From Callorhinchus milii (taxonomy: Eukaryota), in assembly GCF_018977255.1 (NCBI RefSeq), contig NW_024704786.1, positions 372,001-436,000 of the forward strand: a stretch of DNA of 64,000 nt, written 5' to 3'. The notes beneath the pieces are model-generated. The model did not search any database, was not told the DNA's origin, and was given only the letters and a program-made list of their open reading frames with translations. The position numbers and the translations under genes are program-made. This document shows, piece after piece, positions 46,542 through 61,600 of this stretch (position 1 is its first letter; every line of letters begins with the position of its first letter).

Positions 46542-49500
46542 GTAACTGGGCTGGGGGGGGGTGGGGGAGAGAGGGGGTGCTGGGGGGGCTGGGCTGGCCA
46601 AGGGTACGGGGGCGAAGGGGGCGAGGAGAGGGGGGGGAAAGGGGGGCAAGAGTGGGGGCACGGAGTGAGTGGGGAAAGTGGGGGGGAGGGAAACAGGTTG
46701 CGAGGGAAAGGGTATCGTCTGAGGGTAAAGGGGTAGAGGCTGCGGGAAAGGGGGGAATAGGTTCGGCTGGAGGATGGAAAAGGGGAAGAGGTTGAAGGGG
46801 GAATAAAGAGGGGGGGGGATGGACTGGGTTGGGGGGTGGGGATAGGTTAGGGGGAAGGGCAATGGGTCTGGGAGAGAGGGGGATGTGTTGAGTGAAAGGG
46901 AATAGGTTGGGACAAAAATGTTGAGGGGGAATTGGGTTTGGGAGAGAAGAGAGGGGACGAGGTTAGGGGGAATAGGTTGGGTGGGGGGGAGGACGAGATG
47001 GCAAGGAATAGACTGGGGCGAGAGGAATGGGTTGGGGGAGAAAGGGCGAGGTAGGCTGGAGGGAGGGGGGATGAAGAGCGGTGGGGTTGCTGGAGAGATT
47101 TCACTTGGCTTCACATTCACTGTCTTGAGATTTACAACCACAAGAAGATTGCATTTGTGCAGCGCCTTTCACGTCAGGAGGATGCCCCCAAGGCGCTGAG
47201 ATTTAGGTTAAGGACGCGGCTCTGGATTTACTCACAATTAAGAACATTTAAGAGCCCCGAATGAATTTTGGCAGATTCCTAAATCTGACGTTAACTTCGG
47301 TGTGAAAGCCTTTTCGTCAAGAACTATAGGAGAAAGTGTGTGTGTGGAGAGGGTGAACCCCACACAGCAGCTCATCAGCTTCAAAGTTAAGAGCAGAGTA
47401 AATATAGCCCCCGCCTTGGAATGAAAGTAGTTATGGTCGTGTGGGGACAGGCTTGGAAGTAATCCATTCATGTGAATGGAGAGACTTAGAGAGAGGTAGA
47501 GCCATGTTGGATGAGTCAGGCTTTTGGGAGCTGTTAGCATCTTTTAAAATTAGATTATAAAATATTAATCTTCGTCGGGTTGTAGGTGTGTGTGTGTGTG
47601 CAATGAATTCCTTTATAGTCTTGAAATCTATGAACTGTAGGAATGTGGTGTTCATTGAAGTGGAGGCTTAAGGTAGTAATACCTTTATCCTGTATAGTGC
47701 TCTTTCTGTAGAAAGATTTTGCAATTGGTTTCTTTGCAGTTGACTATTTAGTTGAGCTGCTGAATCATTAACTGACAGAATTTGTAACCCAGGTCTGTGA
47801 CAGTAGAAGGTCACTCAGTTTAGCAGCAGTGAGCTGTGGACTTTTGGATAATTTCCAGTTCTTATGCCTTTTGACTTTAATGTATTCCAAAGCACAAACA
47901 GATTTTTGACAGCTGCACTTTTTTAGGCCATAAATTATTTATGATTGTATATTAAGGGATTCATCAATTGGAAGACAATTGTGTTTAGAGGGAAGGAAAT
48001 CACTTATGTGCCGCGCCGACGGGCTGGATTTGCGATATTTTAAATTGTGCACCCGTGATTGTACGTTTTTTATTAAAAAAAAAAATTTTTTTTCTTCCGA
48101 TTAAGTGACTTCTCATTCAGTGGCACTCCTGCCTCGCCCAATTGTCCATTTTTCTGTGTGAGCCTAGAAAGGGAGTGTCAGTTCCCCGATCTGATCATAC
48201 TGTTGCATGACATATTTGTGAGCGTACATCTAACTGCCATCACTGGTTAGTGATTTGGATTGGGAACCTTAATATTCTCTTCTTTCTTCCCCCCCCCCCC
48301 CTTAATGTTGCTCTAGCTAAATAGGTGAGGACCGAGGATTAAAATTATAACTTCTAATCTATGGTTTTCAAATTTTATGAAGTTATCAGCACTGTTGTAC
48401 TCTGAATTAAGATTAGTGTGACTGCTCTACTCAGGACGTTTTTTTAAAAAAAAGGTAATCAGTAGTTGTTAAAGTTAACTTGACAGTTTTGTATAATTTT
48501 AGTGAAATCTTGACCGAAGGCACGGTCAGAGAGGAAGGTCAGCGAGCACGACCTGCGTATGGGCAAGAAAGGGGTAAGGCGGAGGGATCGAGGACGAGTG
48601 TTCCAGAATTTTGGGATGTGATGGCTGAGAGAAAGTGGGAGTAGGCTCTTAATTCAACAGTAGCAAATGACATTTGTACTAGCACCTTTCACGTCAAGAG
48701 GAATTCCCTTCTCAAATCCAATTTATTTCCCAAATGCTGCCCTTGCTGAGTTCACTCTCAACATAACTGGGATTGAACCTAGTGGGTTCACTTCTGCGGG
48801 ATTCTCTGCTGGAAACAGCATTGCGTATTGGAGATGCTCTGTTAAAAACAGGCAGCCTTCAGAGGGGTTTCCTGATCTCGGTGATCATGATTTGCAAAAC
48901 CCGCTTTGTTTAGGTGCAGGATGAAATCAGAATTGACCTGGCTTTGCTTGCCTTATGAAGCAATGGAAATGATTCCAGCCTTGATGCAGCTTTAATAATA
49001 GTATTAATAATTCTTGCATTTGATATAGCACCTTTTTGTGTGGTTGAGGCGTTCAAAAGCGCTTCATGGAATATACTGTAAAGTGAATTGACTGTATATT
49101 TTGTGGGTGAAACACGCACAGCAGTTTGATGTTTCATGGGCATGCCAGGATTATCATTTTCCTTGATAAGGAATGGGACATGGATTTAGTGCACAGCATT
49201 TGGATGTATATTGTTTTTGAGAGGCTCTCCTAGGCTTTGGGACTTGAGTGTTAATTCTGCAAGATCAGTTGATTTAGAAACTGCTGGTTAGCAAACAACT
49301 GGCAAACTCAATTTCCTTATTTGCACAGTGTTGTCAATTTGGAAGAACCCCACAAAAACATTTCCTGTGCGAGACCTTAATGTATCACACTAGTATCTGT
49401 CTGCTACTAGTTATATTAATGCCTTGGGACGTCCTCCTGCCGTGAAAGGCGCTATACGAATGTAATGTTGTTGTTGTTGATTGTAGCGATCACCTCTCCA

Positions 49501-51597
49501 ACACAATCCCGTCTTGAGTCTCTTAATGTGGATACTGGTACAATCAGAAGAAAACCTCTGTATATTAAGCTGCAGAGTCCTGTGCTGTTTGTTAGTGGTT
49601 TGGGCATATATACCAGTTCATGTGGCTGTTTCTGCGCTGAATATTGCCTGTGTGTTGTCAGTTCGGAAGGTGGTGAAATACTCTGGAAATATTACACATT
49701 TTATTTGAGGCAACGTGGTTTTCAGTGCTCAAAACCATTGTGGTCAGCACCTTGGGATGTCCTCCTGACATGAAAGGCACTACACAAATATAATTTTGTT
49801 GTTTTTAGTGTTGCACAGGGAGCTGATGAAAATCCTGGTGCATTTGTGACATTTTGGTTCAAGTTAATTTTTTGTCTGGTTCTACCCTAACTTTAGTGAA
49901 TAATTGACAAACTAGAAGAATAATGTTTCTCCTGTTTGCCCCTGTGGGACTGCTGGGAGAAAATTTATAATCTTTTGAATATTAAGACAGTAATTATTAT
50001 TATCTTTGGCTTCATCATGAGGGTCTAAAGCGGTCACAACATCTGAACATTGCCTGGAATGTAATGTCTTTCAGGCCAGGTATGAGACCGACAGCTCAGG
50101 TATCTTAATGGTATACATATAAATATGTCTGACGATGGGAGGGGGAAAAGAGTGTTTCAGCCCCAAAGTGTGGTCCTTCCCGAGATGAGCTGGAGATAAT
50201 GGCAGAAGTTAACTCTGAAATGGAGGTGAAGTAAATTTCGCTGCTGACTTTTGCATGTGTCGTTTTTTGGCAGCAAATCTGGAAATTATTCCCACCACTT
50301 TTATTTCTCTAATCTCCCTGTATTATGCAAGGCACATCTAGCATCCTTGTCTCTGAATCATTACTTTTTCCTGCACAATTTGAGCGTGGGCACGTGGATT
50401 TTTGCGGGTGAAGTGAGCTGCCGATCAAAAGACCAATAATCACTTCACAGAATACAGTGTAAAGTGAATTTGCTGTATACTTTGTGGGCGAAACCCAACA
50501 GCCAAATGTGCACTGCAGAGTCCTACAAACCGTTGCGGATTGAGTGACCAAATTATTGTTTTTTTTAAGGATTATTACCCCAATCGACTAACAACCACTT
50601 ACTGCTAGGTAAACGGGGGCGTGTGGAGTAAGGAAACTTGCCCAACATTTTGCCCCGCCCGGGAATTGAACTCCTCTCACTTGTGAGGCGAGCGCTTGAT
50701 ATTCGATGCTGTGTGTTTGTTTGCCAGTTTGTTGCTCGTGACGGCCTGGCCCCGCTGCGGCTAAACTTGCAGCGTAAGCAGGACAGTCCTTCCGAGATTA
50801 GCTGATGCATTGGTGATTGTGTATCTGAATGGCATTTGTCATTGGAATTTATTCATCTTATCTGCACATTCCGATCCATTTGACATCATTACATGGATTC
50901 TGATGTTGTAACCCTTTTTTAATTTCATCGGCTTGAATCTGGTTAGCCCGATCAGCCTCCAGGAGCCTGAGGGTGAATTCTCAGGCGTATGACTTGATTG
51001 CGTGTCTTATTCCCACCTCATTCTTTACTGATTACTCGCATCTCCACCTGCTTTTACCTGGCATAGTTCCCTAAAGGGTCTGTTTTTGAGCTGTGGTGTG
51101 AGCACACACACACACACAGGGGCAGCTAACAAAGTAAATGTATTAAATTCAAACAGCGTTTACGATAGAGGCTATTTGGTCCATTCGATTAGATAGTTAA
51201 TTCCACTGGGTCATTTGAAATGTAGTCCATTGCTTATGACAGGCTAGAGTCTGTCCTGTTTTCACCAATGAGATTCCACAGTAATAATCCTCGCATTTGA
51301 TATAGCGCTTTTCACGTCGGGAGGACGTCCCAAAGAACACACTGTAAAGTGAATTGACTGTATATTTGTGGGCGAACGCGGCAGCCAATTGCGCACAGCA
51401 ATGTCCCACAAACAGTCGTGGATTGAAAATGACCAATTTATTATTGGAACCGACACAACTGCATGTTGCTTCACAGCAGCAGTGTGCAACTTTATTTGGA
51501 TGTCATAAGTGCGTGCCGGAGGTTATTCTATGGGTACTGATCGTCCTTGGTTATTATCTTAAATGGCTTTACTTTGTATGGGAGACTAGACAGTTTA

Positions 51598-51957
51598 TTA
51601 ATAATAATAATACTTGCATTTGATATAGCGCTTTTCACGTCTTCTAAACATCTCAAAGCGCTTCACAGAATATACTGTAAATTGAATTGACTGTACAGTT
51701 TTGTGGACGAAACGTGGCAGCCAATTGCGCACAGCAGCTTCCCACAAACAGTTGCGGATCAAGTGACCAAATTTTTTTTTTTTTAGAGATTATTATCCCC
51801 GGAAAAGCGATTGGCCAATCGACTTGACAACCGGGTTCCTACTTACTGCTAGGTAATCAGAGGCGTGTGGAGTAAGGAAGCTTACCCAACATTTCGCCTT
51901 GCCGGAAATAAAACCCAGGCCTCTCGCTTGCTCTAACCACTGAGCTACAGGCTCCAC
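51598..51957 (-). mobile_element. Full-length SINE (AT-richer variant) in ACTN4 intron 1
   Basis: Head reads GTAGCTCAGTGGTTAGAGC on the - strand; core and tail match the family. Confidence 0.85.
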
Positions 51958-54900
51958 AATTGTACTTTTTCTCTTGTCCGCAGTAGAAACTTTATATATT
52001 TCTCTTCCCTCCCTCCACCAGTCAATTCACTTCACAGTATATTCTATGAAGCGCTTTGAGACGTCCCCACGATGTGATAAAGGCGCTATATCAAATGCAA
52101 GGATTATTATTATTATTATTCTGTCCAGTCGAGTTCAATTCTCAGCGTTTCAGGCTGAGATTGACTCAGTGTGACCCTGCGACCTTTTCATTGGGAAGCC
52201 GGGTATTGTTTTAGAATTTGCTCAAAGTGGTGACTACAACCTGGTTTGGGTGTGGTCACCAAATCCCATTCAAGTTATGTGATTCGTTACTCTTGTCTTT
52301 CAGTATTCTGTTCTTGATCTTCCTTAAATTCATGGCCTTAAGTTTTCTAATTATTTGATACAAGAGTTCAAGCCTGAATAACTCCCCCCCCCCCCCCCCC
52401 CCCCCCTTCATTAAAATAAACGTGGTGTGCTGTTTTATTTAAGGATGCTTCAGACATTGTCAAAGCAGTTCTACTGAGAACAAAATCTGGCTTGAATTTG
52501 ATTGGATCTGAATTCGGTTTAGCTGCACACTTTCATGGATGTGCCCATCATTACTATCTGATGCATCAACAATCTTATTGGTCTTTCGCATGGCCTTTGC
52601 GATGCAATGGGTGTATTGTGTACCTTACACGTGCCGATTATTTATGATGGAGGAGCTGCTAAAGCCGCATTACCTACCATTGCTTTCCCGCTTGTCCAAC
52701 TAGGACCACCCTACCTGGTAGGGCTTTGCCTTGCGGAGTCAACAGGAGCTGCGTGGGATGTCTCCCCTGCCCCTGCCCCTAGTGACTGGTCTGCCCTTCC
52801 AGGCCCTGCCGATGAGCCGGGCTGTGCTGCCATCAGCAGTGAGTGCCCTGGAACATTGCGGACCCGTCTGGTTCGGGAACTGGACCACCACAACCCCACA
52901 GCTTGATTCCGACATTCCATGGCCAGCCATGTCACAGAGAGAGTAGGAAATGCTGGAAGTTAATTTAGAGGAAACTGAAATTGTATGTTTATGGTGCATT
53001 TCTTGTGGTCATTTACTATAGCAGTTATCTCGCTCTTTCTTCCCTCCCCCTTTTTCCCCATCCCAGCCTTAGATCTTAATGGGCATTAATCTGATACACT
53101 TTGATTTTGTCATTAGGGCACGTATGAATAACGTGAAATATGTTTTGATTTGGTGCACTGTTTGGACCATCCACAATTTTTTCAATAAAACTTATTATTC
53201 CAATAAAAATAAATGCTTTAGGTTTCCAGAGTATGTAAGTGGATGGTTTCTGAGCCAAGTTTAGTGTGCGTGCCTCGTGTGAATGTGTATGGAATTCCAG
53301 CAATGTCCTGCAGATTACTGGGTGGATCGGGCACTGTCTGCAATCTTCTGCATAACTATAAAATCAACTACTTACTACTACACTTAATCAGAAGTTGTTT
53401 TAGAATGCCTGCTTCCTCTTAAAATATTTCCTCTTACTTGACTCGAGATGTTCTTTCCCATCAAGAAAAAGAGGCCGGTTCCTCTTGCATGAAAATACAA
53501 GCCGTTGCGGAATGTTCAAAAACGTATCCGGGCTTGCAGTGACCCCAAACTATTTGAATTCCTTTCAAAATTAATGGGTGTTGTCTTTGTACTGGTCCTT
53601 TTGGATCTCATAAACAAAAGCTTGGATCAACCATCTTTGGGTGGTAGTGATCGGAGTTTGTATTGAGGGTTTATTTTGGCTTAGACATGCTGTAAATACA
53701 GAAATAGCACAAACCAAGCGGAATTTAAAATTCCAAGGTCCTGAAATGGGGGAGGCGATGTTTACTGTGTAGCCTTTTTTTTTCTTCCTTCCCTTTCTCG
53801 ACCTCCCCGGTGTAATCTCCACTTTGTTAACTTTGTTGAAAATTTTGAATGTTTTTCTTAGCCTTTCCTCTGCAGTCGGGGTGTGGTATGTTGCTGATTG
53901 GTTTTAATTGAAAAGCTCGAAGGTGTTGGTGGATATTGAGTTTCCGCCTGGACTCGTGCAGTGTCCTAAGTGGATGATGTGTTTGCACAGACGAGAGCTT
54001 TTCTTTTTGTCTATTGCAGTTTAACTGTCTTAAGTGTAGAAATGTGTTTCTGTGTTACCAGAAACACACAGTCATAAAATACACCGATGCCGGAGCTTTA
54101 CCTTTTTGTCCATGGTTTGAAGCATTTCACAATTGATTATCATCAAATGTAGTAACTGTTTTTTGAAGGGAATCACAGTTCCACAATTGGTCATGAGATG
54201 AAGGCTTGTTGACCAAGGCATCTGGAGGTGACTGTAGGCACGGTCGAAGAGGAGGGTCTTTAGGTGTGATCTGAAGATGGGGATTGGGGGGGGGGGGGAC
54301 AAGATGAAGTGAAGGGGAGAGTGCTCCACAGTTTTGGGGTGGAGTAGCTGAAAGCGCCAGCCATAATCAGCAAATGTTGTGCATCTAACGGATGCCCTGG
54401 TGTGTCGAAACTAACATCGCTGCACATGCATTTTAAATTTGTTTCTCAACAAACCTTATACGACTTCCCGCACTTCTCTTCTAACATGATGTGAACAAGA
54501 ATGTGTTTCTGCGGGACCTTGTAAAGGGGCCAAAAAGGAACTGACTTGTGCTGTGAACTTGATCATAATGGTGATATGTTGCAAACTTTCTGTACTTGCG
54601 CAGAGCGGTGGCCACAAAGCACGCTTTGTCCTGGAGCAGGAATCGAGAGAAACTGCCAATCCTGAAAACAACTGAAATTCCACAGTGCGTCGGTCAGTTG
54701 GTATTAGAAGAGTGGTCAAGGTTTGCACACACTGCAGCTCTTTAGTGAAGCTGAAAGGGTTGGAAGAGTTCCCTATAAAAGTTAGCGGTGGGCAAGAAAA
54801 AGAGCACCAAGGAAAAGGTTCCTTTTGATTATACTCGGAGATGAAGAGTAGAGGGAGTGGCATTGCTGACATTCTCAAAACAAGTTGCGGTTTAAACAGC

Positions 54901-57900
54901 AGTAGTTCTCCAAAGAATCTCTTGAGAAACATATGACTGGATTCTGGAAAAGATTTGAATACTTTTAGAATATGGCCTGGTGTATATCCTTTGCTTGTGC
55001 CAGCAGTCCCACTGCATATTTCTTTCGTATTGCACTGTTGGGAATCCGGCCAGTTGGAAGTAAATCTTTGATAGAAATAAGTTGAAACCATGTATTGTTA
55101 ATCTTGTTCATCAGTGAGGGGGAAATGTGCACGCAAATTGAGAACTCCAGTTGACGTTGGCTCGGCCAGGTTTGTGAATTTAAAGGCGTATGTTATAAGC
55201 TGTGGATCCAATCAATAAAGCAAAGTTGCAGTTTTCAGCTCATAAAAGTGGATCTTATTACTGTCTCCTCCAAACTGCTCTACGATTAGTAAAATAGTAA
55301 TCTTTAATCTTGAAAGCATTAGTTTAAATTCTAGTCCTGTGGTGGTGCGGTGTTTTGTTATTATGCTGTAGATGATGAAATTTTATTAATCTTTTTAAAA
55401 AAAAATGTAATTCTCCCTTGATTCTCTGGTTTGTGGGATTATAAAACGTTGTTGCCCCTTTTCACCAAAGTTAACACCAATTGTGACACCTGTTATGACA
55501 AGTATCTCGTAATTCACAATGTATACAGTGCGAGTGGGGTGCTTTTGTAATGGGGCATCTAATTGTAGATATCAAATGCAAGGACGCAATGTTTTTGTAA
55601 ACTGGGATTGAATATTAACCACATGGTATGGGGTTTTGTGGTCTTTTAAGAATTGTGGCAAGATACTGATCTATTTGATAGGTTTCACATGTTGTTGTTG
55701 AAATTAAATGTGAATTGAGCTTGAGCTGTTGGATTTTTTTCACTGGCATTCAACTCATGTCTAAATAAAACATTCCTTTCCCACGCTCCGAGCCGTTAGC
55801 TTTTTTAGACTGGTCCTGGCTACAATGCAGGAAGACTCGGGAGATGGTCTGTCAGCGGGGTGAGGGGGGGGTGCGGTATAGAGAGAACGAAAGAAGGGCC
55901 TTCTGAACGGAAGAATTTGGTTCCCGTTTCTTATATTGTTGGGTGCTAGATTTATAGTGTTTATTTTATTGAATCCTGAGCATGAAAATTGACTGAGAAA
56001 AGTATAGGTTTAGTTTTTATTCAATTGAATCTGGTTGGAGATTATCAAATTATTTGTGTGTTTGTTATTTTACAGGGCATTTATTTAGATAATTTATTGT
56101 TTCCTGTGCATTTGCTCATCTCTGACTAAATCAAATTGATTTTCTCGTACTTGGATACATCAAAGGTTTGTGGTCCTAATTTTATCTATAGAGAAGTTGA
56201 AACATCTTTCCTTGTGATTTTTTTTCTTGACTGAAGCTCTGTGTATTTCTCCTGGTGACTTGAACATGAATTGTAACTTTCAGACCTAATATTACTTTCC
56301 TGCTTTGAGACTTGAGTGATGGGAGAGAAATCCTATGCCTTAAGTGCTTTATCTAAATTAGACTAAAATGAGTGCTTTATCTAAATTAGACTACAATGGG
56401 TGATCTTTAATGTGTCTGCAAAATCAGCACAAGAACCAAAATTCTGTATTTTTGCCAGGAATCCAAGAAATGCTGTTTCAATGCAGTCCGTCACCCTTGT
56501 ACATCCAGGACTTCCTTGAATTGGTGCCAATGAGGAGCCACAGAGGGCCTATTAGGAGAATTTTACCACCAAATACCTCAAATTCTTCTGCCATAATAGG
56601 CTTTGTTTGTGTCTAGGACTCTGCTTTTTAGGCTTGTGTTGTTGCCCCCCCCCCCCATTAGTAACTTATCTGCAGCGTTGGCAAATTTAGACAAGGGGAG
56701 AAAAGCCGGAAGCCACACACTTAACACAATCAGTGCAGCACATTCTGTTTTCAAAGATAGTGTGTGTAAGATGATTGGTCATTTGTTTTGAAATTCTGGT
56801 TAAGTGGTGCATGAAAGGCCTATAACTGTGTGATCTCTCCATAGAGAAGATCTGATTATGTGTAGCATTTTAAATCCTATGGAAACCACATACTTCCATT
56901 GTAATGATTTGACCTGAAGCCGAAGAAACTTTAATGTAAAATTATCTTGGAATAGTTGGTTGGTTCAGACAGTTACATTGCAATAATTGGAGTATGGCAA
57001 ATGGAAAGTCGTGTGGAAATCTTGGATCTTTGTATTATACCAACTTGCCTCCTTCAACGCCTGTCTCAAGACCTTTCTTTTCAACCGCACCTTTGGCCAC
57101 CCTCCTATCCCTACGCTCCCTGGCCTCCAGCCCACCTGATCCCAACCCCCGGCTTGGATCCAAATCCCTGACTGTCCACCACCTTGTGACGTCCTGCCGA
57201 TATCAAAGGCGCTGTGTAAATGTCATTGTAGGTGGTTTAGGGGTGGGGGGGTGGAGGGACGAGATAATTTGATTGTAACACTTGCTTTCCACAATGCATG
57301 CTAACTTTGCGTGTACACATGCTCCCTGCCAAGTATATTCCTGTAACGCCTCAACAATCCTAACCAATTTATAATCCGCATTGTAAAGGAATGAGTCTTC
57401 ATCCCAGGATACAATTAAAATCATTTGTCATGGTGCACCCTGCACGACCAATGAATGGATCATTGTTTCAAACCAAGATGCGCATCAAAACAATTCTTTT
57501 TCTGTCTGCCCTGCTTATGTTTTCACTGTGCTAAAGAAACCATTTTTGTTTCCCTGCTCAAATTAAATGGTTCAGGAAGAATCTGGTTGGTTCAGTGGTT
57601 GCAAAGAATTTCAGACTGGGTGGGGGGGGGGAGAGAGGGGGGGAGAGAGGGGGGGAGCTTCCTGATTGGAATGCTTAAAGTTTTTTTTGGCATACTGGCT
57701 GGCTACAAGTTCAAAGTGCAGAGTGTTCAGGAAGCTGGCCAGTTAAGCTATTTCACTCTTTGTTGCTTCCCAGTTGAAGGTTTTGCGGCTAGTTTTATGT
57801 AGCCTCATTTCTGATTTCAAAAATAAAATGGTATAACAAAGATGTAGGTTACTTCCAAATGCTTTAATTCCCAGCTGGTAGGTCCTAGAAGTTTGTTTAG

Positions 57901-58269
57901 TATGTCAAAACAGCAAGACTGGATGGGACTAGATATGGATATATTGAAGGGCTCATAATGTGAATGCCTTCAGTCTCTCTGCCCATATCCTTTGGAATTC
58001 CATCCCACAGTCCCTTCACTTCTTGCGTCCTTCGTCTGTGTAGTTCTGTATTTAACACCAGAAATACTTTTTCATGACAGAATTACCAAATCAAACATTT
58101 GAGCAGGAAATTTGTAGTTGCCATTCTTCCCTTAAGACTAAGTCGTACAAGGTACTAATTTATGGATGCTAATTCTGCACCATTCCTAATTACCATTATT
58201 TCTGTGTGATCTTTGTCATAAGAATAATAATCCTTGCATATAATACAGCGCCTTATCAACAACAACAAA

Positions 58270-58680
58270 AATTACACTTGAATAGCGTCTCTCACATCTG
58301 AAAGACGTCCCAGGGCTCTGGATAGTTGGGGTTTTTTGGAACTGAGCTGGGAGTTGCGGTCAGGAAGCGGTGGGTGTGAGAGGGCGGCCGAAGGTACGGC
58401 TGAAGAGGAAGATGTTTAGACGGAACTTGAAGGAGGCACGAGAGGAGGCGAGGCAGAGAGATTGTGGGATCGAGTTCCAGAGGGTGGGGGCAGAAAGGCT
58501 GAAGGCCTGACTGCCAATGGTGGGGCGGGAAGTGCGGGGGATCTGAAGCAGGCCGTTCGGTGTCTGCCGAGCGGAAGGAGCAGACAGGCTGATATGGGGT
58601 TGAGAGGAGCAAGACCTTGGAGAGCTTTGAAGATGGGAACAAGGTTTTTGTACTCTTCTCTGAATGGTGGGGAGCCAGTG
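58270..58680 (-). mobile_element. L2-clade LINE 3' fragment
   Basis: Reverse-strand match to the other L2 fragments, with tail. Confidence 0.75.
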
Positions 58681-61600
58681 AAGGAATTATTACCCCCAGA
58701 AAGTGATCTGCCAATCGATGAACAACCAGTTCCTACTTACTGCTAGGTAAACAGACCCATATGAAGTGAGGAAATCTGCCTAAGGTATCATCCCGCCCGG
58801 GAATCAAACCCAGATTCTCTTGCTTGCGGGGCGAGTGTGTTAACCACTACGCTGCGGATCTGCACTGAGTCAGAGTCTGACAATCTTGTATTCAACGGTC
58901 TTTTCATCAGGGCTTACTGGATAGTAATTGGGTGTGAGAAATCAGTACACCTAAGGCCAATTGTAGCACCCCTTACTCGTCCTGGCTGAGATGAGCATTG
59001 AAGTCTAAACTTTTTTTTGGCAGTAAGCAACAAATTCTCCTCTGAACTACCTGATGCCATATTATAGCTCGCGCTAAAATTGGTGTTTTTGTGGAGAAGG
59101 CTGACAACAATTAATACTGTATTTAGATACACTTACAGTTGCATCCCTATTTTCTAGCATTGTTTTACGGGAGCTGATGTTTCAAGTGGCTTTCTGCCAG
59201 CGAGTAGACATTGTGAGGTTATGCTAAATATAGAGAGTTCAGCTATTGAATCATTCAGTGCAAACAGCCTCAACTACAGAAATGGTTTGAGCTACATTAT
59301 AGTCTGTCAAATCCCCAATTAGCTGAGCCTCACAAAATTTGATGAAATGCTTCNTTTTTAATGTGATCGTAGAGTGACGAGAGTAATAGAATGACTAATC
59401 AAATAGATTGTGCACTGCGAGAATAGAGAGATTTCATCAATCATAACACCTGCTCTGTGATATACAGTCTGTTGGGTGAGTTTTTCCGCAGTCTGGTCAG
59501 AAACCTGTTTTCTATTGGTTTTGCATTCTTGTAGGTAGCTTGAGTGCAATTCAAATTCTGTAATACTCATATCTCTACGGTCACCTTCCCCCAGCTCATA
59601 GGAACAGGTGTAGGCCATTCAACTCCAATCTGTTCCGCCATTCTATTAGATCATGGCTGACCTGTACTTTGACTCCAATTACTCGCCCTTGCACCATATC
59701 GCTTGATACCCTGACCTAACAAATAACTATCCACCTCAGACTCTGGGCTGAACTCCGCCACTGTCAAATGCTCTGGGACGCTACCCGGCCAAGGAGCGCA
59801 ATATAAATGCAAATTTTGTTGTTGTGATGGAGCCCACTTGCTGCAATTTGTTTTAAAAATTGATCAGTGCATGCTGTTGAAGGCTTAACTGCCACTAAGT
59901 GGGGTAGCTTCCGAGTGTTTTGAAATCATCTGTCATTTGGCAATGATGGAATGTGTACAGCAGCACAGTTCAGCTCTGTGAGGAATTTCTGTCTGGGTAT
60001 GTGTGGAGTGGGCAGAAAGGCTAGACAGTCCAGTGCTTTTTTGCCTGAATATGTGCAATGCTCTTTTTACAATTCTTATGTTTAGCCAATGTGCAAATTT
60101 CAGCTGTCATAAATTGGATGAGTTAACGTTTCTTCTTTTTCTTTCTGTTTTCCTCATTTCCAATATTTGCGAATAGGTGTTTTGTAGTTTCTCGTCTGCT
60201 ATGTTCCATTCTGTTAGCCGTAACTGTTTTGAGTTATCATAGAATCAGTCATTTACCAAGAAATTTCAGATGTGTGCGAGGGCACTGGAATTAGTCCTTC
60301 ACAGAATTCTTGATCTTTGTTTTTCCACTGCTTATTTTTTTCTGGCGATATCTCGATTGTAGGGATGATGTCAACCTGCCAATGCAAGCGTCTCAACAGA
60401 TATAATGTATAGAGCAACGGAGAGGGGGAGTTAAGGATGTTCACCAAAGGCACAGTTGAAGAGATTTTCGAGAGGGCTTCAAACGCAGAGTGATGAGATT
60501 TTTGGACAAAGTTCCAGATGACTAGAGTAAGGTGGGGAGCGGGTAATAGCCCAAAATCAGAAGGGCAGCCGGAGAGGAGGGCTGAGAAGGATTCTGTAGG
60601 GAGGAGTGAGACAAAGATCAATTTTAAAAATGGGTGTGATGGGGTTCTGGGAGCCAGTAGATTTTTTGGAGATATTGGGTATGCAGAACCTGGTAGGGGA
60701 GCAAAAATGTGCTTTAGGTTTTGGATGAAGTTGAGTTGATTAAAGGTGGAGCTCAGGAGACAGGCGAGGAGAGTATTGGGAAAAATCTATCCTTGAGGGG
60801 ACAGAGGTGAATGGGGGTTTCAATTAATGTGAACATGTAAGCAGACCACTGAAGGTGGCAAGAAGAAGGCTTTGTGATGAACAAGATGTGAGAGGTTTGA
60901 AGTACACATACCTAAGGCCATTCTCACCTAAAGTGGACCTTTTGATACAGAGGAAATATACAATTGGTTGGGCATAATTGCTTTTAATTTGGATAAGCAT
61001 GGGGCCACAGTTGGGTTAGACTTGCTGAAGGATCAATTAAAAAGTGAAAATAATTTTAAGGGGCTGGTCTACGGTAGGTTTTGTGGAAAGTGTAGGTGGA
61101 GTAGTGGAGTCTGAGGTTAGATTACAGCAGGTTTTGTCTTGCGTGTCAGAAAACGGGAGGAGACCGATCAGCTCATCGAGCCTGTTCCACCAGTTTTACA
61201 GTTTCCAATGCCCTGCCTTTTCACCGTACATACCCTTTACACCTCTACTTCATGAATGACTATCCCTTTAACTTACCACTTTTGTTTCCATCACTGCAGC
61301 TTTTTTGGAGAGTAACCCACTACTTGCCTAACAAAACACACTTTTACAGTATATCCTGTGAAACGCTTCAAGGTGTCTCGGAGCCGTGATAAGGCACTGT
61401 ATCAAATGCAAGGATTATTATTGTTTCTTGGCAACCCCCGTGTGGAGAAATGCTTTCTGACTTCAGTTCTTTGTGATTTAAGTATGTTTTCTCTCTGTCT
61501 CTACCCCCTCCATAATAGATCACCCACTATCTTAACCTGTCTTAACCTATCTTAACCCACTATCTAACCACTATCTTTATTATGTACCTCTAATCAACTC

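Noticed and set aside
47111-47130. ACTN4 exon 2 (TFT...)
   Set aside because: Reads TFTVLRF rather than TFTAWCNSHL and lacks an acceptor; exon 2 lies beyond the window
54456-55091. 211-aa ORF antisense in ACTN4 intron 1
   Set aside because: No recognisable domain or coding-like composition; a BLASTP hit would be needed to reconsider
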